From: Casimicrobiaceae bacterium
GTDB lineage: Bacteria; Pseudomonadota; Gammaproteobacteria; Burkholderiales; Casimicrobiaceae
NCBI GenBank assembly: GCA_037719965.1
Contig: JBBJMT010000013.1
Location: 26,805 to 90,804, forward strand
DNA length: 64,000 bases
Reading direction: 5' to 3'
A program made the position numbers and the translations under genes. Numbering within the stretch: the stretch's first letter is position 1; every line of letters starts with the position of its first letter. The notes beneath the pieces were generated by a model, which worked only from the letters and a program-made list of their open reading frames with translations, did no database searches and was not told the DNA's origin. This document shows positions 50,933-61,134 of this stretch, piece by piece.

Positions 50933-51640
50933 GTGCTCCCGGTCGTCGTCGCGGAAAACCTGACCAAGTTCTACGGTCCAACCCTCGCGGTCGACAGGGT
51001 GTCGTTCGACGTCAAGCCGGGCGAGGTGATGGGCCTGCTCGGCCCCAACGGCTCGGGCAAGAGCACTATCCTGCGCATCCTGACCGGCTATTTGCGTCCG
51101 ACCTCTGGACGCGCAGTCATCATGGGCCACGATGTCGTCGGCGAGAGTCTAAAGGCGCGCGGCCAGCTCGGCTATGTCCCCGAGGATGTGCCGCTGTATT
51201 CCCAGATGCGCGTGCGGGAGTTCCTGCAGTTCATGGGCAGGGTGCGCGGGCTCGAGGGCGCCGCGCTGCGCCGGGCAATCGATGAGGTCCTGGAACGGCT
51301 CGCGTTCGCGCATCTGCGCGACGCTTTGATCGGCAGGCTCTCGCGCGGCTACCGGCAGCGCGTCGCCATCGCGCAGGCGCTGCTGGGCCGCCCGAAGCTG
51401 CTGGTGCTCGACGAACCCACCAACGGCCTCGATCCGCGGCAGATCATCGAGATGCGCACGTTGATCCGCGCGATGCCGGAAGACATGGCGATTCTCGTCA
51501 CGTCGCACATCCTCACCGAGATCGAAAGAGTCGCGCACCGGGTCGCGATCCTGCTGGAGGGCCGGTTGCTCGCGATCCACAAGCTTGCGGGTTCGACGAT
51601 CGGCCTGGAAGAGCTGTTCCTTGAATTGACCGAGCCTTGA
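50933..51640 (+). CDS. ABC transporter ATP-binding protein (GldA-like)
   Basis: GPNGSGKST, LSRGYRQR, LVLDEPT, VTSH. Confidence 0.92.
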   Translation: MLPVVVAENLTKFYGPTLAVDRVSFDVKPGEVMGLLGPNGSGKSTILRILTGYLRPTSGRAVIMGHDVVGESLKARGQLGYVPEDVPLYSQMRVREFLQFMGRVRGLEGAALRRAIDEVLERLAFAHLRDALIGRLSRGYRQRVAIAQALLGRPKLLVLDEPTNGLDPRQIIEMRTLIRAMPEDMAILVTSHILTEIERVAHRVAILLEGRLLAIHKLAGSTIGLEELFLELTEP

Positions 51641-51644
51641 GAGA

Positions 51645-52349
51645 GTGATGCAGGGCTTCGCTCCGTTGCTCGACAAGGAAGCGCGCGCGCTCTTCCAGTC
51701 GCCGATCGCGTGGGTCCTGATCGGCGTGTTCCTTGGCCTGATGGGCTACTCGTTCACGCTTACGCTCTTCAACAACAAGCACGTCACGCTGGTCCACATC
51801 TTCTTCCAGGCGGCGGGCCTGCTGCTGCTGGTCGTGCCCGTGCTCACGATGCGGCTGATCGCCGAGGAGCGCAAGTCCGGAACGCTCGAGCTCTTGCTCA
51901 CCGCGCCGGTGCGGGAGAGCCACATCGTGCTGGCGAAGTACGTCGCGACGATGGCTGTGGTAGGCGCGATGATCGCGCTCACCGGCGTTTATGCGCTGGT
52001 GCTCGGCCTCTATGGCACGCCTGAGTGGGGCCCGATTTACAGCGGCTACCTCGGCCTCGCGCTGTTGGCGAGCACGCTGGTTTCGCTCGGCCTGGTGGTG
52101 TCCGCGCTCACGACGAACCAGGTGGTGGCGGCCATCGTGACGATCGGGGTTTCGTTTCTGCTGTGGACGATCGACACGCTCGCCGGGATGCTGCCCGACG
52201 CGATCGAGCGCGTGCTGATCAGCCTGTCGCTGCTCGCACGCTTCACGCCGTTTGCGACCGGTGCGATGTACGTCTCCGACTTCGGCTTCTTCGCGAGCGC
52301 CACGCTGCTCGCGCTGTTCCTCGCCACGCGCGCGCTGGCGAGGCGCTAA
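51645..52349 (+). CDS. ABC-2 permease (GldF-like)
   Basis: KEARALFQSPIAW, TMRLIAEERKSGTLELLLTAP, LTTNQVVAA. Confidence 0.88.
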   Translation: MMQGFAPLLDKEARALFQSPIAWVLIGVFLGLMGYSFTLTLFNNKHVTLVHIFFQAAGLLLLVVPVLTMRLIAEERKSGTLELLLTAPVRESHIVLAKYVATMAVVGAMIALTGVYALVLGLYGTPEWGPIYSGYLGLALLASTLVSLGLVVSALTTNQVVAAIVTIGVSFLLWTIDTLAGMLPDAIERVLISLSLLARFTPFATGAMYVSDFGFFASATLLALFLATRALARR

Positions 52350-52367
52350 GGATCCTCCCTCGCCGCG

Positions 52368-53906
52368 ATGGAACACGGTTCGATCGAGATCGGCGCGCTG
52401 GGCTGGTTCATCGGCTGGCTGGTGGCGGTGGCGCTGCTGTTTCTTGCCGGCATGCGTCTCCCACTGCAGACGCGCTTCACCGGCTTCAAGTCCACCGCGT
52501 TCAACGTCGCGCTCGTGATCGCGGCGATGGCGATCACGGTGCTTGCTAACGCGGCGCTGACGCTGCACGACCTGCACATCGATCTCACGCGAGAGCGAAT
52601 CTACACGCCGTCGCCACGCGCGCTGAAGGTGGTGGACGAGCTGCGGCAACCGGTGCGGCTCACGTACTTCTATCGCGGGCAGGATCCCGAGGGTCGGCGC
52701 GTGAAGGACGTGCTCGGCGTCATGGCGCGGCGCAATCCGATGCTCGAGATGCGCACGATCGACCCCGATCGCGAACCGGCGCTCGCGAAGACGTTCGGCG
52801 GGGGCATCTATAACACAGGCGTGCTGGAAGTGGAGGATCGTAAGCTGCTCGTCCAGACCACCGATGAGAACGAGATCGCGATCGGCATTCAACGCGTGCT
52901 GCGGGAGAAGGTCATCACCGTATGCTTTCTCGAGGGGCACAACGAGTTGCCGATGGACAACTTCGAGTTCCACACCCACGTGGAAGGCGTCGTGAGCCAC
53001 AGCCACGGTGACGCGTCGTCGCAGTATGTCCAGATGCCGGGCCACGGCATCGGTCGGCTGCGGCGCGCGCTCGAGGCGCAAGGGTATGTCGCGCGCAAGG
53101 TGTTGCTGGCGACCGCCACGTCGGTGCCGCAGGACTGTCAGATGCTGATCGCCGCCAACCCGCGCACGACGTTCCTGCCAGCCGAAAGCGCTGCGCTCGA
53201 GAGCTATCTGCAGCGCGGCGGCGCGTTCTTCGCGATGTTCGACCTGGGGTTCGTGCTCGAGCCGCGGCTCGCCGCGCTCTTGGAAACGCTCGGCGTGCGG
53301 CTGCCGCAGCAGGCGGTGATCGATCCACTCAGCCACTACGCCACCGATGCGGAAATGGTCGCCGTCACGAGCTACGAGCAAAGCCCGATCACGGGCAACC
53401 TGTCGATGACGTTCTTCGCCGGCGTCCGGCCACTCGTGGCAGTCGCGTCCGCGGCCGGCCTCACGGTCGTACCGCTCCTTGCGAGCAGTCGCGACAGCTA
53501 CACTCGGGTTGTGCAGCCGGTGGGCGTGCGCGAGGTTGAAACCTTGCCGCGGGCCGCGGGCGGCGGTCCGCCACAACCGGGACCACGCATGCTGGCGATC
53601 TCAGTCGAGGGGCGGCTCGCGCGCGCCGCGGATACCGCCCCGCCGATGCGGGCTGTGATCGTCGGCGACAGCGATTTCGCCAGCAACTCCTTCCTGCCTT
53701 ATCTTGCGAACAGCGATCTTGCGTTGTCGATCGTGCGCTGGCTCGTACGCGAGGAGCGTTCCACCGCGGTGGCGAGCCGAATTCCGGTGCCGCCGATGAT
53801 CCTTCTCACCAACGCGGAGATGCGCGGAATTTTTCTCTTCGTGGGCGTGCTGCTGCCGCTCAGTGCAATCGCGGTTGGCTTGCTCGTAGGGTGGCGCCGT
53901 CGATGA
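52368..53906 (+). CDS. GldG-like ABC-associated auxiliary protein with His-rich insert
   Basis: DLTRERIYT, IDPDREP, FLEGHNE, VGDSDFASN, N- and C-terminal TM segments. Confidence 0.8.
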   Translation: MEHGSIEIGALGWFIGWLVAVALLFLAGMRLPLQTRFTGFKSTAFNVALVIAAMAITVLANAALTLHDLHIDLTRERIYTPSPRALKVVDELRQPVRLTYFYRGQDPEGRRVKDVLGVMARRNPMLEMRTIDPDREPALAKTFGGGIYNTGVLEVEDRKLLVQTTDENEIAIGIQRVLREKVITVCFLEGHNELPMDNFEFHTHVEGVVSHSHGDASSQYVQMPGHGIGRLRRALEAQGYVARKVLLATATSVPQDCQMLIAANPRTTFLPAESAALESYLQRGGAFFAMFDLGFVLEPRLAALLETLGVRLPQQAVIDPLSHYATDAEMVAVTSYEQSPITGNLSMTFFAGVRPLVAVASAAGLTVVPLLASSRDSYTRVVQPVGVREVETLPRAAGGGPPQPGPRMLAISVEGRLARAADTAPPMRAVIVGDSDFASNSFLPYLANSDLALSIVRWLVREERSTAVASRIPVPPMILLTNAEMRGIFLFVGVLLPLSAIAVGLLVGWRRR

Positions 53907-54442
53907 GGACGCTGCGGGGCGCGAGCGCGCTCGCGGCGATCGGCTTTCTGGTCGCGATGGTGCTCACCGGCGCGCTGCCGCAGCAGCGCCAGCGCGTGCA
54001 GTTTGTGGCCAAGGGCGTGATGCAGCTCGCCCCAGAACGCGTCGCGCGCGTCGAACTGGTCCGCGGCGCCGACCGCGCCGTGTTCGTGCGCGGACCTGGC
54101 TCGGGTTGGACACGGGAAGGCGCCGGCATGCTCGCCCCACCACTCGCGGAGAAGCTCTCGCTGGCCGTGCAGTTCATGCACACCGCCGGTCCGGTGCGGG
54201 TGATGGAGCCGGACGAGTTCCGCGGCACCGACCTGCGCGAGTTCGGTCTCGACCGGCCCGTGCTCTCGATTGCGCTGCATGCGGAGTCGGAACGCGCGCT
54301 GCGCGCGCAGTTCGGCGGCCCGAATCCGAACGAGATGCTGCAGTACATGGTGGTCGACGGACGCGGGGAGCTGTTCCTGATGTCGCGCTTCGTCGGCCAG
54401 GAATGGCTTGCGGTCGCAGAAAGCGTCTTCGCTCCCCAATGA
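53891..54442 (+). CDS. DUF4340-like periplasmic protein
   Basis: N-terminal TM; EFGLDRP motif; located after the GldG-like gene. Confidence 0.65.
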   Translation: MAPSMRTLRGASALAAIGFLVAMVLTGALPQQRQRVQFVAKGVMQLAPERVARVELVRGADRAVFVRGPGSGWTREGAGMLAPPLAEKLSLAVQFMHTAGPVRVMEPDEFRGTDLREFGLDRPVLSIALHAESERALRAQFGGPNPNEMLQYMVVDGRGELFLMSRFVGQEWLAVAESVFAPQ

Positions 54443-55530
54443 GCCCGAACCGCGCGCTGGCGCGCGTCGGCGCGATCAGCGCTCCGCTCATCGTCGCAGT
54501 CCTCTGCTCGTTCGTCGTACACGCGCACGAGGGGGCGGCGACCGCGTTTGCCCATGTGATCATCAGCGGTCAGACGGTTCGCTATAGCCTGACGCTGGCG
54601 GACGCCGCGAGAGTCTCGCTCTTTCCCTCAGGGCCCGCCCGCCCACCGGCCGAAGCATTCGACTTGCTCGCGCAAGCAGTCAGCCAAAAGGTGCGGTTGA
54701 CGAACAACGCCGCTGCGTGTGCGCCGGGCGCCGCGCGCGTCATCCCGCCTGCGGCTTCCTCGCGCAGCATCACCGTGGTCGTGGACTTTGTGTGCCGCCG
54801 CGACGTGCGTGTGTTGACGATTCGCGACGATCTGCCCGACGTGCTCGGGGCCGACCTGCACACGCTCGCGAAACTCGAATGGCCGGGGGGAACCGGACAG
54901 TTCGCGTTCGCCGCCGAGTCGCGTGAAGCGCGCTTCGATCTCGGCGATGGCGCGCCCGTCACGCGCGGGGTAGACAGCTTCTTCGGGCTCGGGATCGAGC
55001 ACATCCTCACCGGCTACGACCATTTGCTGTTCCTGCTCGCGCTGGTGCTGGGCGGCGGAGGGTCCTGGTCGCTGCTCAAGATCATCACCGCTTTCACGGC
55101 TGCGCACAGCATCACCCTCGCATTGGCGGTGCTGGGAATCGTGAGCCTCCCAGAGAGGTTCGTGGAGGCGGCGATCGCGCTGTCGATCGCGTATGTGGCC
55201 GCGGAGAACCTGATGCCGAAATACGCAGTCACGCCGCGCTGGATGGTGAGCTTCCTCTTCGGCCTGGTGCACGGCTTCGGGTTCTCGTCGGTGCTGCGGA
55301 CACTCGGGCTTCCAACGGAAAACCTCTTCTGGGCGCTCGGTGCTTTCAATCTGGGTGTCGAAGCGGGGCAGGCCGTGATCGTGTTGCCGCTCGCCGCGGT
55401 GCTGCTGTGGCTGCGCGGCAAGCCTTGGGAGCCGAAACTGGTCGCGGCCGTCTCCGCAATCGTGCTCACGGTGGGGCTGGCGCTCTTCGTCGAGCGTGTC
55501 GTGTTTGCTGGCCCTGCCGTCGCTGGCTGA
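54439..55530 (+). CDS. HupE/UreJ family membrane protein with N-terminal periplasmic domain
   Basis: ATGA overlap with the previous gene; AHE after the signal peptide; GIEHILTGYDHLLF, AFTAAHSITL, GLVHGFGF, FNLGVEAGQ. Confidence 0.85.
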   Translation: MSPNRALARVGAISAPLIVAVLCSFVVHAHEGAATAFAHVIISGQTVRYSLTLADAARVSLFPSGPARPPAEAFDLLAQAVSQKVRLTNNAAACAPGAARVIPPAASSRSITVVVDFVCRRDVRVLTIRDDLPDVLGADLHTLAKLEWPGGTGQFAFAAESREARFDLGDGAPVTRGVDSFFGLGIEHILTGYDHLLFLLALVLGGGGSWSLLKIITAFTAAHSITLALAVLGIVSLPERFVEAAIALSIAYVAAENLMPKYAVTPRWMVSFLFGLVHGFGFSSVLRTLGLPTENLFWALGAFNLGVEAGQAVIVLPLAAVLLWLRGKPWEPKLVAAVSAIVLTVGLALFVERVVFAGPAVAG

Positions 55531-55561
55531 CCTCCGGAGCGAAACGGAATCGCAGCGCCCT

Positions 55562-56425
55562 CTAGAAATCCATGTCGACCCAGACCGGTTGATGATCGGA
55601 ACCGACCGTGTCGATGTCGATGCGACAAGATCGGACGCGGCTGGCGAGTGCGGACGACACGAAGCAGAAATCGATCCGGCCGGCACCATTGGTCGCGCCG
55701 TCGTCTTCTCGATGGCCGGCCGCGGCCCATGCATCGACGAAGCCGGTGAGTCGATTGAGGCGACCAAATTGCGCCGTGGGCGCACCCACGAGGCGGTCGT
55801 ACTCGGGCGCGGACCACTCGAAATTGAAATCGCCCATCAGCAACGCATCGGGCGGCATTGGCGGCATCTCGCCTTGCGTCCAACCGGCGGCGGGGTCGGG
55901 ATGGCCACCACACCATGCGCCGCCTTCGGCCGGCGCTCGGGCATGGATATCGAGGAGAGCCTCGATCTGCGGCATGCGAGCGGCCGGGCTCAAATGACTG
56001 AGATGCACCGAATAGATGCGCACCGGCCCCGCGCGCTCGGTCACAATGACCGCCTCGAGGGCGCCCTGCTGAATGCTGTGCTGAGTGAGCGTGCCGTATT
56101 TCGGAAGCGGGTGATTGCGCGAGGACGCGATCGGCAGGCGCGACAGGATCATCGTTCCAAATTGACGCCGGCGATTGACCAGCCTACCCGCGGGGTCGCG
56201 GTAGCTAGCGTCCATGTCGAGATTGGCCCCATAGACCCAGTGGTGTTCGGGCAGATGCGACGCGAGCACGGCAGGAGAGTCGATGCAGCCGGAGCGCTGC
56301 CAATGGCGGTCCACTTCCTGCAGGGCGATGATGTCGGCGTCCTTGACCTCGTTGGCGATACGCGCAAGGTCGTACCGGTTGTCTTTGCCGAGACCGTATT
56401 GAATGTTGTAGGTAACGACTTTCAT
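55562..56425 (-). CDS. Endonuclease/exonuclease/phosphatase (EEP) family protein
   Basis: MKVVTYNIQYG, ALQEVD, SVHLSH, MGDFN, RIDF, GSDHQPV. Confidence 0.88.
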   Translation of the reverse strand: MKVVTYNIQYGLGKDNRYDLARIANEVKDADIIALQEVDRHWQRSGCIDSPAVLASHLPEHHWVYGANLDMDASYRDPAGRLVNRRRQFGTMILSRLPIASSRNHPLPKYGTLTQHSIQQGALEAVIVTERAGPVRIYSVHLSHLSPAARMPQIEALLDIHARAPAEGGAWCGGHPDPAAGWTQGEMPPMPPDALLMGDFNFEWSAPEYDRLVGAPTAQFGRLNRLTGFVDAWAAAGHREDDGATNGAGRIDFCFVSSALASRVRSCRIDIDTVGSDHQPVWVDMDF

Positions 56426-56457
56426 GCGACGATAAGGTGGAGATTGCGCGAGCCGGG

Positions 56458-57531
56458 TCAAGCCGCGATAAGCGCATCAAGGCGCCGGCCGCTCACCTTG
56501 TCGAAGAGCAGCGCGCTCGCCGGAGAGAAACCGAGGGGCACGTTGTCCCCTTCGCGATGGCGGGGTTCCGCGCCAGCTTCGAGAAAACGAATCACGCCGA
56601 GGGAACTGTCGGCCGTGTAGAGCACCTCCCGCCCCATCGGCTCGACGGCGACGATGCGCGAAGGCGTTCGGCTACCCTCTCCGCTTCCGTCCACCCGCAA
56701 GCTCTCGGGCCGAATGCCGAGAACGACGGCGCCCTTTACGGGTGCAACAAGGGGGAGTCGTGCCTGATTGACGTTCACCATGCCGCCTTCGGCTCGCCCG
56801 TCGAACAAGTTGATCGGTGGTGAGCCGATGAAGCCGGCGACGAACAAGGTGTCGGGACGCTCGTAGAGATCCTCGGCGGCGCCTTCCTGCTCGACCCGAC
56901 CGCCGTTCATGACGACCACGCGGTCGGCCATCGTCGTGGCTTCGATTTGATCGTGGGTGACGAGGATCGTGGTCACGCCCAGTTCGCGCTGGATGCGGCG
57001 GATCTCGGTGCGCATCGTGAGCCGCAGTCCCGCGTCGAGGTTCGACAGCGGTTCGTCGAGCAGGAGCAGGTGCGGCCGCTTGACCAGCGCGCGGGCGAGC
57101 GCCACCCGTTGTTGCTGGCCGCCGGAGAGCTGGCTCGGCCGCCGGTCGAGCAGCCCGTCGATGCGCACCAGCGCGGCGATCTCCCGCGCGCGGCGCTCGG
57201 CCTCGGCCCGCTCGATCGTCTTGAAGCGCAACGGGAACATGACGTTCTCGAGCACCGTCATGTTGGGATAGAGCGCGTACGACTGGAAGACGATGCCGAC
57301 ATTGCGGCCCCGCGCTTCGACGTCATTGACCCGCGCACCATCGAACGTGATATCGCCGCTGGTCGGCTGGTAAATGCCCGCGAGCATCATGAGCGTCGTC
57401 GACTTGCCGCAGCCGGAAGGCCCCAGCACCGCCACGAAGGCGCCATCCTCGATCGCGAGATCGATGCCCGCGACCGCGGCGGTCGCGCCAGCCCACTCCT
57501 TGCGCAGATTCTTGAGTTCAATACGGGCCAT
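56458..57531 (-). CDS. Carbohydrate ABC transporter ATP-binding protein (MalK-like)
   Basis: GPSGCGKST, LSGGQQQRVA, DEPLSNLD, VAGFIGSPPIN. Confidence 0.93.
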   Translation of the reverse strand: MARIELKNLRKEWAGATAAVAGIDLAIEDGAFVAVLGPSGCGKSTTLMMLAGIYQPTSGDITFDGARVNDVEARGRNVGIVFQSYALYPNMTVLENVMFPLRFKTIERAEAERRAREIAALVRIDGLLDRRPSQLSGGQQQRVALARALVKRPHLLLLDEPLSNLDAGLRLTMRTEIRRIQRELGVTTILVTHDQIEATTMADRVVVMNGGRVEQEGAAEDLYERPDTLFVAGFIGSPPINLFDGRAEGGMVNVNQARLPLVAPVKGAVVLGIRPESLRVDGSGEGSRTPSRIVAVEPMGREVLYTADSSLGVIRFLEAGAEPRHREGDNVPLGFSPASALLFDKVSGRRLDALIAA

Positions 57532-57534
57532 GGT

Positions 57535-58623
57535 TTACCCCTTGATGCCGCCGATGGTCATCTGCGTGAGATATTTCTGGCAGAAGACGTACAGGAGAAG
57601 GCTCGGCAAGACATAGAACACCGCAACGGCCGCCACGATTCCGTAGTCGACCCCCATGACATCGTCGGCGACCCAGAACAGGTACAGGCTCATCACCCAG
57701 TTCGAGTTCTCGATGAGAAACGTCCGGACGAAGATGTATTCCTCCCAGGCGCGGATGAACGCGAACACCGCGACGGCGATCAGCCCGAAGCGTACCTGCG
57801 GCAGCACGACGAGGCGAAACGCCTGGCGTCGTGACGCACCGTCGGTCATCGCGCTCATCTCGATGTCCCAGGGCACGCCATCGAAGAAGCCCTTCATCAC
57901 GAACACATAGAACGGAAGCTCGATCGCGGCGAGCACCAGCATGACGCCGACGAGGGTGTCGAGCAAGCCGATCCAGTGCAGCATCAGGAAGATCGGAATG
58001 ATGAGCGTCATCGCGGGGAAGGCGTGGAGCACGAGCAACCCCTGGAGGAAAGCGTTGCGCCCGCGGAAGGCAAACCGCGAGATGTAGTAGCCGGCCAGCG
58101 ACGCCACGGTGAGGATGATCGCCGTCTGAAACACGGCGAGCAGGAGCGAGTTGAAGAACGCGTTCCACACCGACGGAAACTGCGCGCCGGTGGTCGCCTT
58201 CGAGCGGAGTTCTTCCACAAAATCGGCGCGCCAGAGGAACCGGAAATTGTCGACGTGAAGTCGACCACCGATGAGCGCGACCAGCAACGACCCGACGATC
58301 GCGAGCAGGATGAGGCCCGACACGAGCCGCAGTCTTTGCGAGGCCACGGACATATGGACGACGCTGTAAAAGATCACAGCGGGCGCGATCACCGCGCACG
58401 CGGTCCACAGCACGTCGCTGGGAACGCCGCCGGTCCGGGCGGTGAAGGCGATCACGACCATCCAGAAATACGGCAGCAGGATCGGTACGGAGACGACAAC
58501 GAGGAACGCGAGCAAGGTCGATTGCCCGGTGAACCGCGTGCGCCAGGCGCGGCGGGCAAGCGCCGGCCAATCGGTTCGCGCTTCGACGGCAGCGGAACCT
58601 GCGAGCGCGTGGTTGGCCGCCAT
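57535..58623 (-). CDS. Carbohydrate ABC permease (MalG-like)
   Basis: IEMSAMTDGAS EAA-loop; start overlaps the upstream stop (TGATG). Confidence 0.9.
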   Translation of the reverse strand: MAANHALAGSAAVEARTDWPALARRAWRTRFTGQSTLLAFLVVVSVPILLPYFWMVVIAFTARTGGVPSDVLWTACAVIAPAVIFYSVVHMSVASQRLRLVSGLILLAIVGSLLVALIGGRLHVDNFRFLWRADFVEELRSKATTGAQFPSVWNAFFNSLLLAVFQTAIILTVASLAGYYISRFAFRGRNAFLQGLLVLHAFPAMTLIIPIFLMLHWIGLLDTLVGVMLVLAAIELPFYVFVMKGFFDGVPWDIEMSAMTDGASRRQAFRLVVLPQVRFGLIAVAVFAFIRAWEEYIFVRTFLIENSNWVMSLYLFWVADDVMGVDYGIVAAVAVFYVLPSLLLYVFCQKYLTQMTIGGIKG

Positions 58624-59543
58624 CAATGCACCTCGATCTTCGGGGGCTGCAGGAGCTGCCGCATGTCCATCAGCCGCCACAGCGCGAGTGCTGCGACCGT
58701 GCCGATCACCACCAGGATCAGCGAGAGCGCCGCCCCATACGCGTATTCACCGCTCTCGAACGCGCGCCGATAAGCGTACAGCGAGAAGACCGTGGTGTCG
58801 TAAAACGGACCGCCGCCGGTGATCAGCAGGATGTACTCGAAGCTCACAAGCAGCGAAAGCGTCTGGTGGATCGTCATGTAGGAGATCGGCCAGCGCAGCG
58901 CCGGCAGAGTAATGTTGCGCACAATGGCGAGCGATCCCGCGCCGTCGACGCGGGCGGCGTGGAAGAGATGCTCGGGAATCGAGCGGATGGCCGATGTGAA
59001 GATGAGCATGCCGAGCGAGGCGCCGATGAACCCGTTCGCCAGAATGATCACCAGCAACGGATGGTTGTTGCGCAGGTCGATCGGCGGCATTCCGAAGACA
59101 TGGATCACGATCTGGTTGAGGAGGCCGCGCTCGTTCGGGTCGACCACCCACAACCACAGGAGCGCATAGACCACCGACGGACTCATCCTGGGAAGCAGCC
59201 ATACCGCGCGGAAGAACGCGCCGAGCCGCTGCGGTACGGCGGTGGTGACCAGCGCCAGCAGGAGCGCGAAGGTGACGTTGAAGATGCCGAGCGTCGCCAG
59301 GACGAAGATGAACGTCACGCCAAGTGCGCCGAGTAGCCGCGTGTCGCGCGTGAACATGCGCTCGAAATTCTCGAGCGTGAACTTGCCGACCGCAAGCGTG
59401 CGGCCCATGTCGGTGAAGGCGAGGACCAGGTCGATGACGACCGGCACCACGAAGAAGACGAACAGCAGCACCAGCGCCGGCCCGAGGAACAAGCCGAAGT
59501 TGATCCACTGCCGCCGGAGCTGGGCTCGCGCGAAGTCGGGCAT
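58623..59543 (-). CDS. Carbohydrate ABC permease (MalF-like)
   Basis: IPEHLFHAARVDGAG, ITGGGPFYDT, YGAALS. Confidence 0.9.
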   Translation of the reverse strand: MPDFARAQLRRQWINFGLFLGPALVLLFVFFVVPVVIDLVLAFTDMGRTLAVGKFTLENFERMFTRDTRLLGALGVTFIFVLATLGIFNVTFALLLALVTTAVPQRLGAFFRAVWLLPRMSPSVVYALLWLWVVDPNERGLLNQIVIHVFGMPPIDLRNNHPLLVIILANGFIGASLGMLIFTSAIRSIPEHLFHAARVDGAGSLAIVRNITLPALRWPISYMTIHQTLSLLVSFEYILLITGGGPFYDTTVFSLYAYRRAFESGEYAYGAALSLILVVIGTVAALALWRLMDMRQLLQPPKIEVH

Positions 59544-59620
59544 GGTGAACGCCTCGCCGGATCGGAGAGGGGCGCGGCCGCTTGTCGCCGCTCCCCGATC
59601 CGCGGACGTGTCGACGTTAG

Positions 59621-60979
59621 CTAATCGCGGAGGATCACGTCCTTGCCGAGCTCGTTGCGGAGTTCATCGATGACGAAATCCGCCGCCGCTTGAGCGGTGA
59701 GACGTCCGGTTTCGACGCCCTGGATGCCCTTGAAGATGATCGCATTGTACTGGCCGATCTTCGGGTGGTTCGGCATGAAGCTCGCGTATTTCAGCATCGG
59801 CGTTGCGGCCACCAGCGCCCACCCCTTTTCGATAACCTCCGGCATCGACTGCTGGCCGTAGTGGATCGGCGTGTGGTTTGTCGTCACCGCGTGGCGCGTG
59901 TTGGGAATCGGCTGGCTCGCGAGCGCCACCAGGTAGGCGGCCAGGTCCTTGTTCTTCGACTTGGCGGACACGGCATAGGCGATCGGGTGCGACAGATTGG
60001 ACGGCTTGCCGCCCTTCTTGCCGGCCGGCCCGTTGAGCCAGGTGATCTTTTTCTGGTAGTCGTCCTTACCTTTCAGGCTCCAGGCCTTGGTTTGGTCGGT
60101 CACGCGCCACACGCCGTGGAAAAAAACCAGCGCCTCTTCGCGCGCAAACGAAGCCTGCTCGATGGCGTCCCACGACATCGAGGTGTTGGTCGCGGAAAAC
60201 GCCTTCTTGTCGACGCAGTACTTCACCCAGGTGAAGAAATCCTTCGCTGCCGCCTTCGAGGCCTGCAGTTTGGCTTCGGCCTTGTCATAGGGCACGAAGC
60301 CGAAGCTCTCCATCATCATCTGGAAGTCGGGACCCGCGTTCGGCCGGTGCAGGATGCCGTATTTCGCGACACCCTTCTGCACTGCCTGGCCCGCGAGGTC
60401 GCACAGGTCGTAGGCAGTGAATTCCCCGGCATCGACCTTGCCCGGGAGTGCGGCGATCTCCTTCTCGGTCTTGCCGAGCTTGCGCAGCTTGTCGTTGTTC
60501 AGAAAGAACATGCGGACCTCGGAGTCCTGCGGGACGCCATACCGCGCGCCCTTGTAGCTCACCGACTGCCACAGCGGCACGATGATGTCGCCGTACAGTT
60601 CCGGGTTCTTGCCGATATGGTCCTCGAGATTCAACGCGTAGCCCGCTTCCGCCAACGCGCCCGTCCATTCATGCGCCAGGACGAAGATGTCGGGGCCCTT
60701 GTCCACCGCGAACGCTTTGAGCAGGTCTAGAGCGTCGTCGTCGTAGCCCTTCGCGTTCGTTTCGTGGAGCTCGACCTTGACGCGCTTGTCGCTGCCGGCG
60801 GCCGCGAGCATCTTGTTCATCGTATCGCCCGCGGCGACGATATTCCCGGCGCGCAACGGCCCCGAACGGTCCGCGCGCGACCATACTTTGATCACTACGT
60901 CCTCAGCGAATGCCGACGTGGTGGCGGCGCAGAACAGCACGCCGGCGGCCAACCCCGATAGTGCGTGTTTCCAGTTCAT
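59621..60979 (-). CDS. Carbohydrate ABC transporter substrate-binding protein
   Basis: Start MNWKHAL (60979, GGAG SD); signal peptide; GPDIFV, YGVPQD. Confidence 0.88.
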   Translation of the reverse strand: MNWKHALSGLAAGVLFCAATTSAFAEDVVIKVWSRADRSGPLRAGNIVAAGDTMNKMLAAAGSDKRVKVELHETNAKGYDDDALDLLKAFAVDKGPDIFVLAHEWTGALAEAGYALNLEDHIGKNPELYGDIIVPLWQSVSYKGARYGVPQDSEVRMFFLNNDKLRKLGKTEKEIAALPGKVDAGEFTAYDLCDLAGQAVQKGVAKYGILHRPNAGPDFQMMMESFGFVPYDKAEAKLQASKAAAKDFFTWVKYCVDKKAFSATNTSMSWDAIEQASFAREEALVFFHGVWRVTDQTKAWSLKGKDDYQKKITWLNGPAGKKGGKPSNLSHPIAYAVSAKSKNKDLAAYLVALASQPIPNTRHAVTTNHTPIHYGQQSMPEVIEKGWALVAATPMLKYASFMPNHPKIGQYNAIIFKGIQGVETGRLTAQAAADFVIDELRNELGKDVILRD

Positions 60980-61134
60980 GGTGATGTCTCCTGTTGAGCG
61001 CAGTCTTTCGCCGCGCGGCTGATAAGTCCGGCGCAATCGGCGCGCCTCCGGTCGCCTGCCTTCATGTTCTATGGTTCTGATGACACTTTGCACATGTTGA
61101 TCGAAATGCTCCGTCGACGCCGGCTTTAGCGTAC

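Noticed and set aside
51513-53576. 687-aa minus-strand ORF and similar long shadows (5518-6363, 21041-22573, 31806-32750, 59690-60730)
   Set aside because: These are antisense to well-supported genes, Arg/Ala-rich and motif-free, as expected in high-GC DNA.
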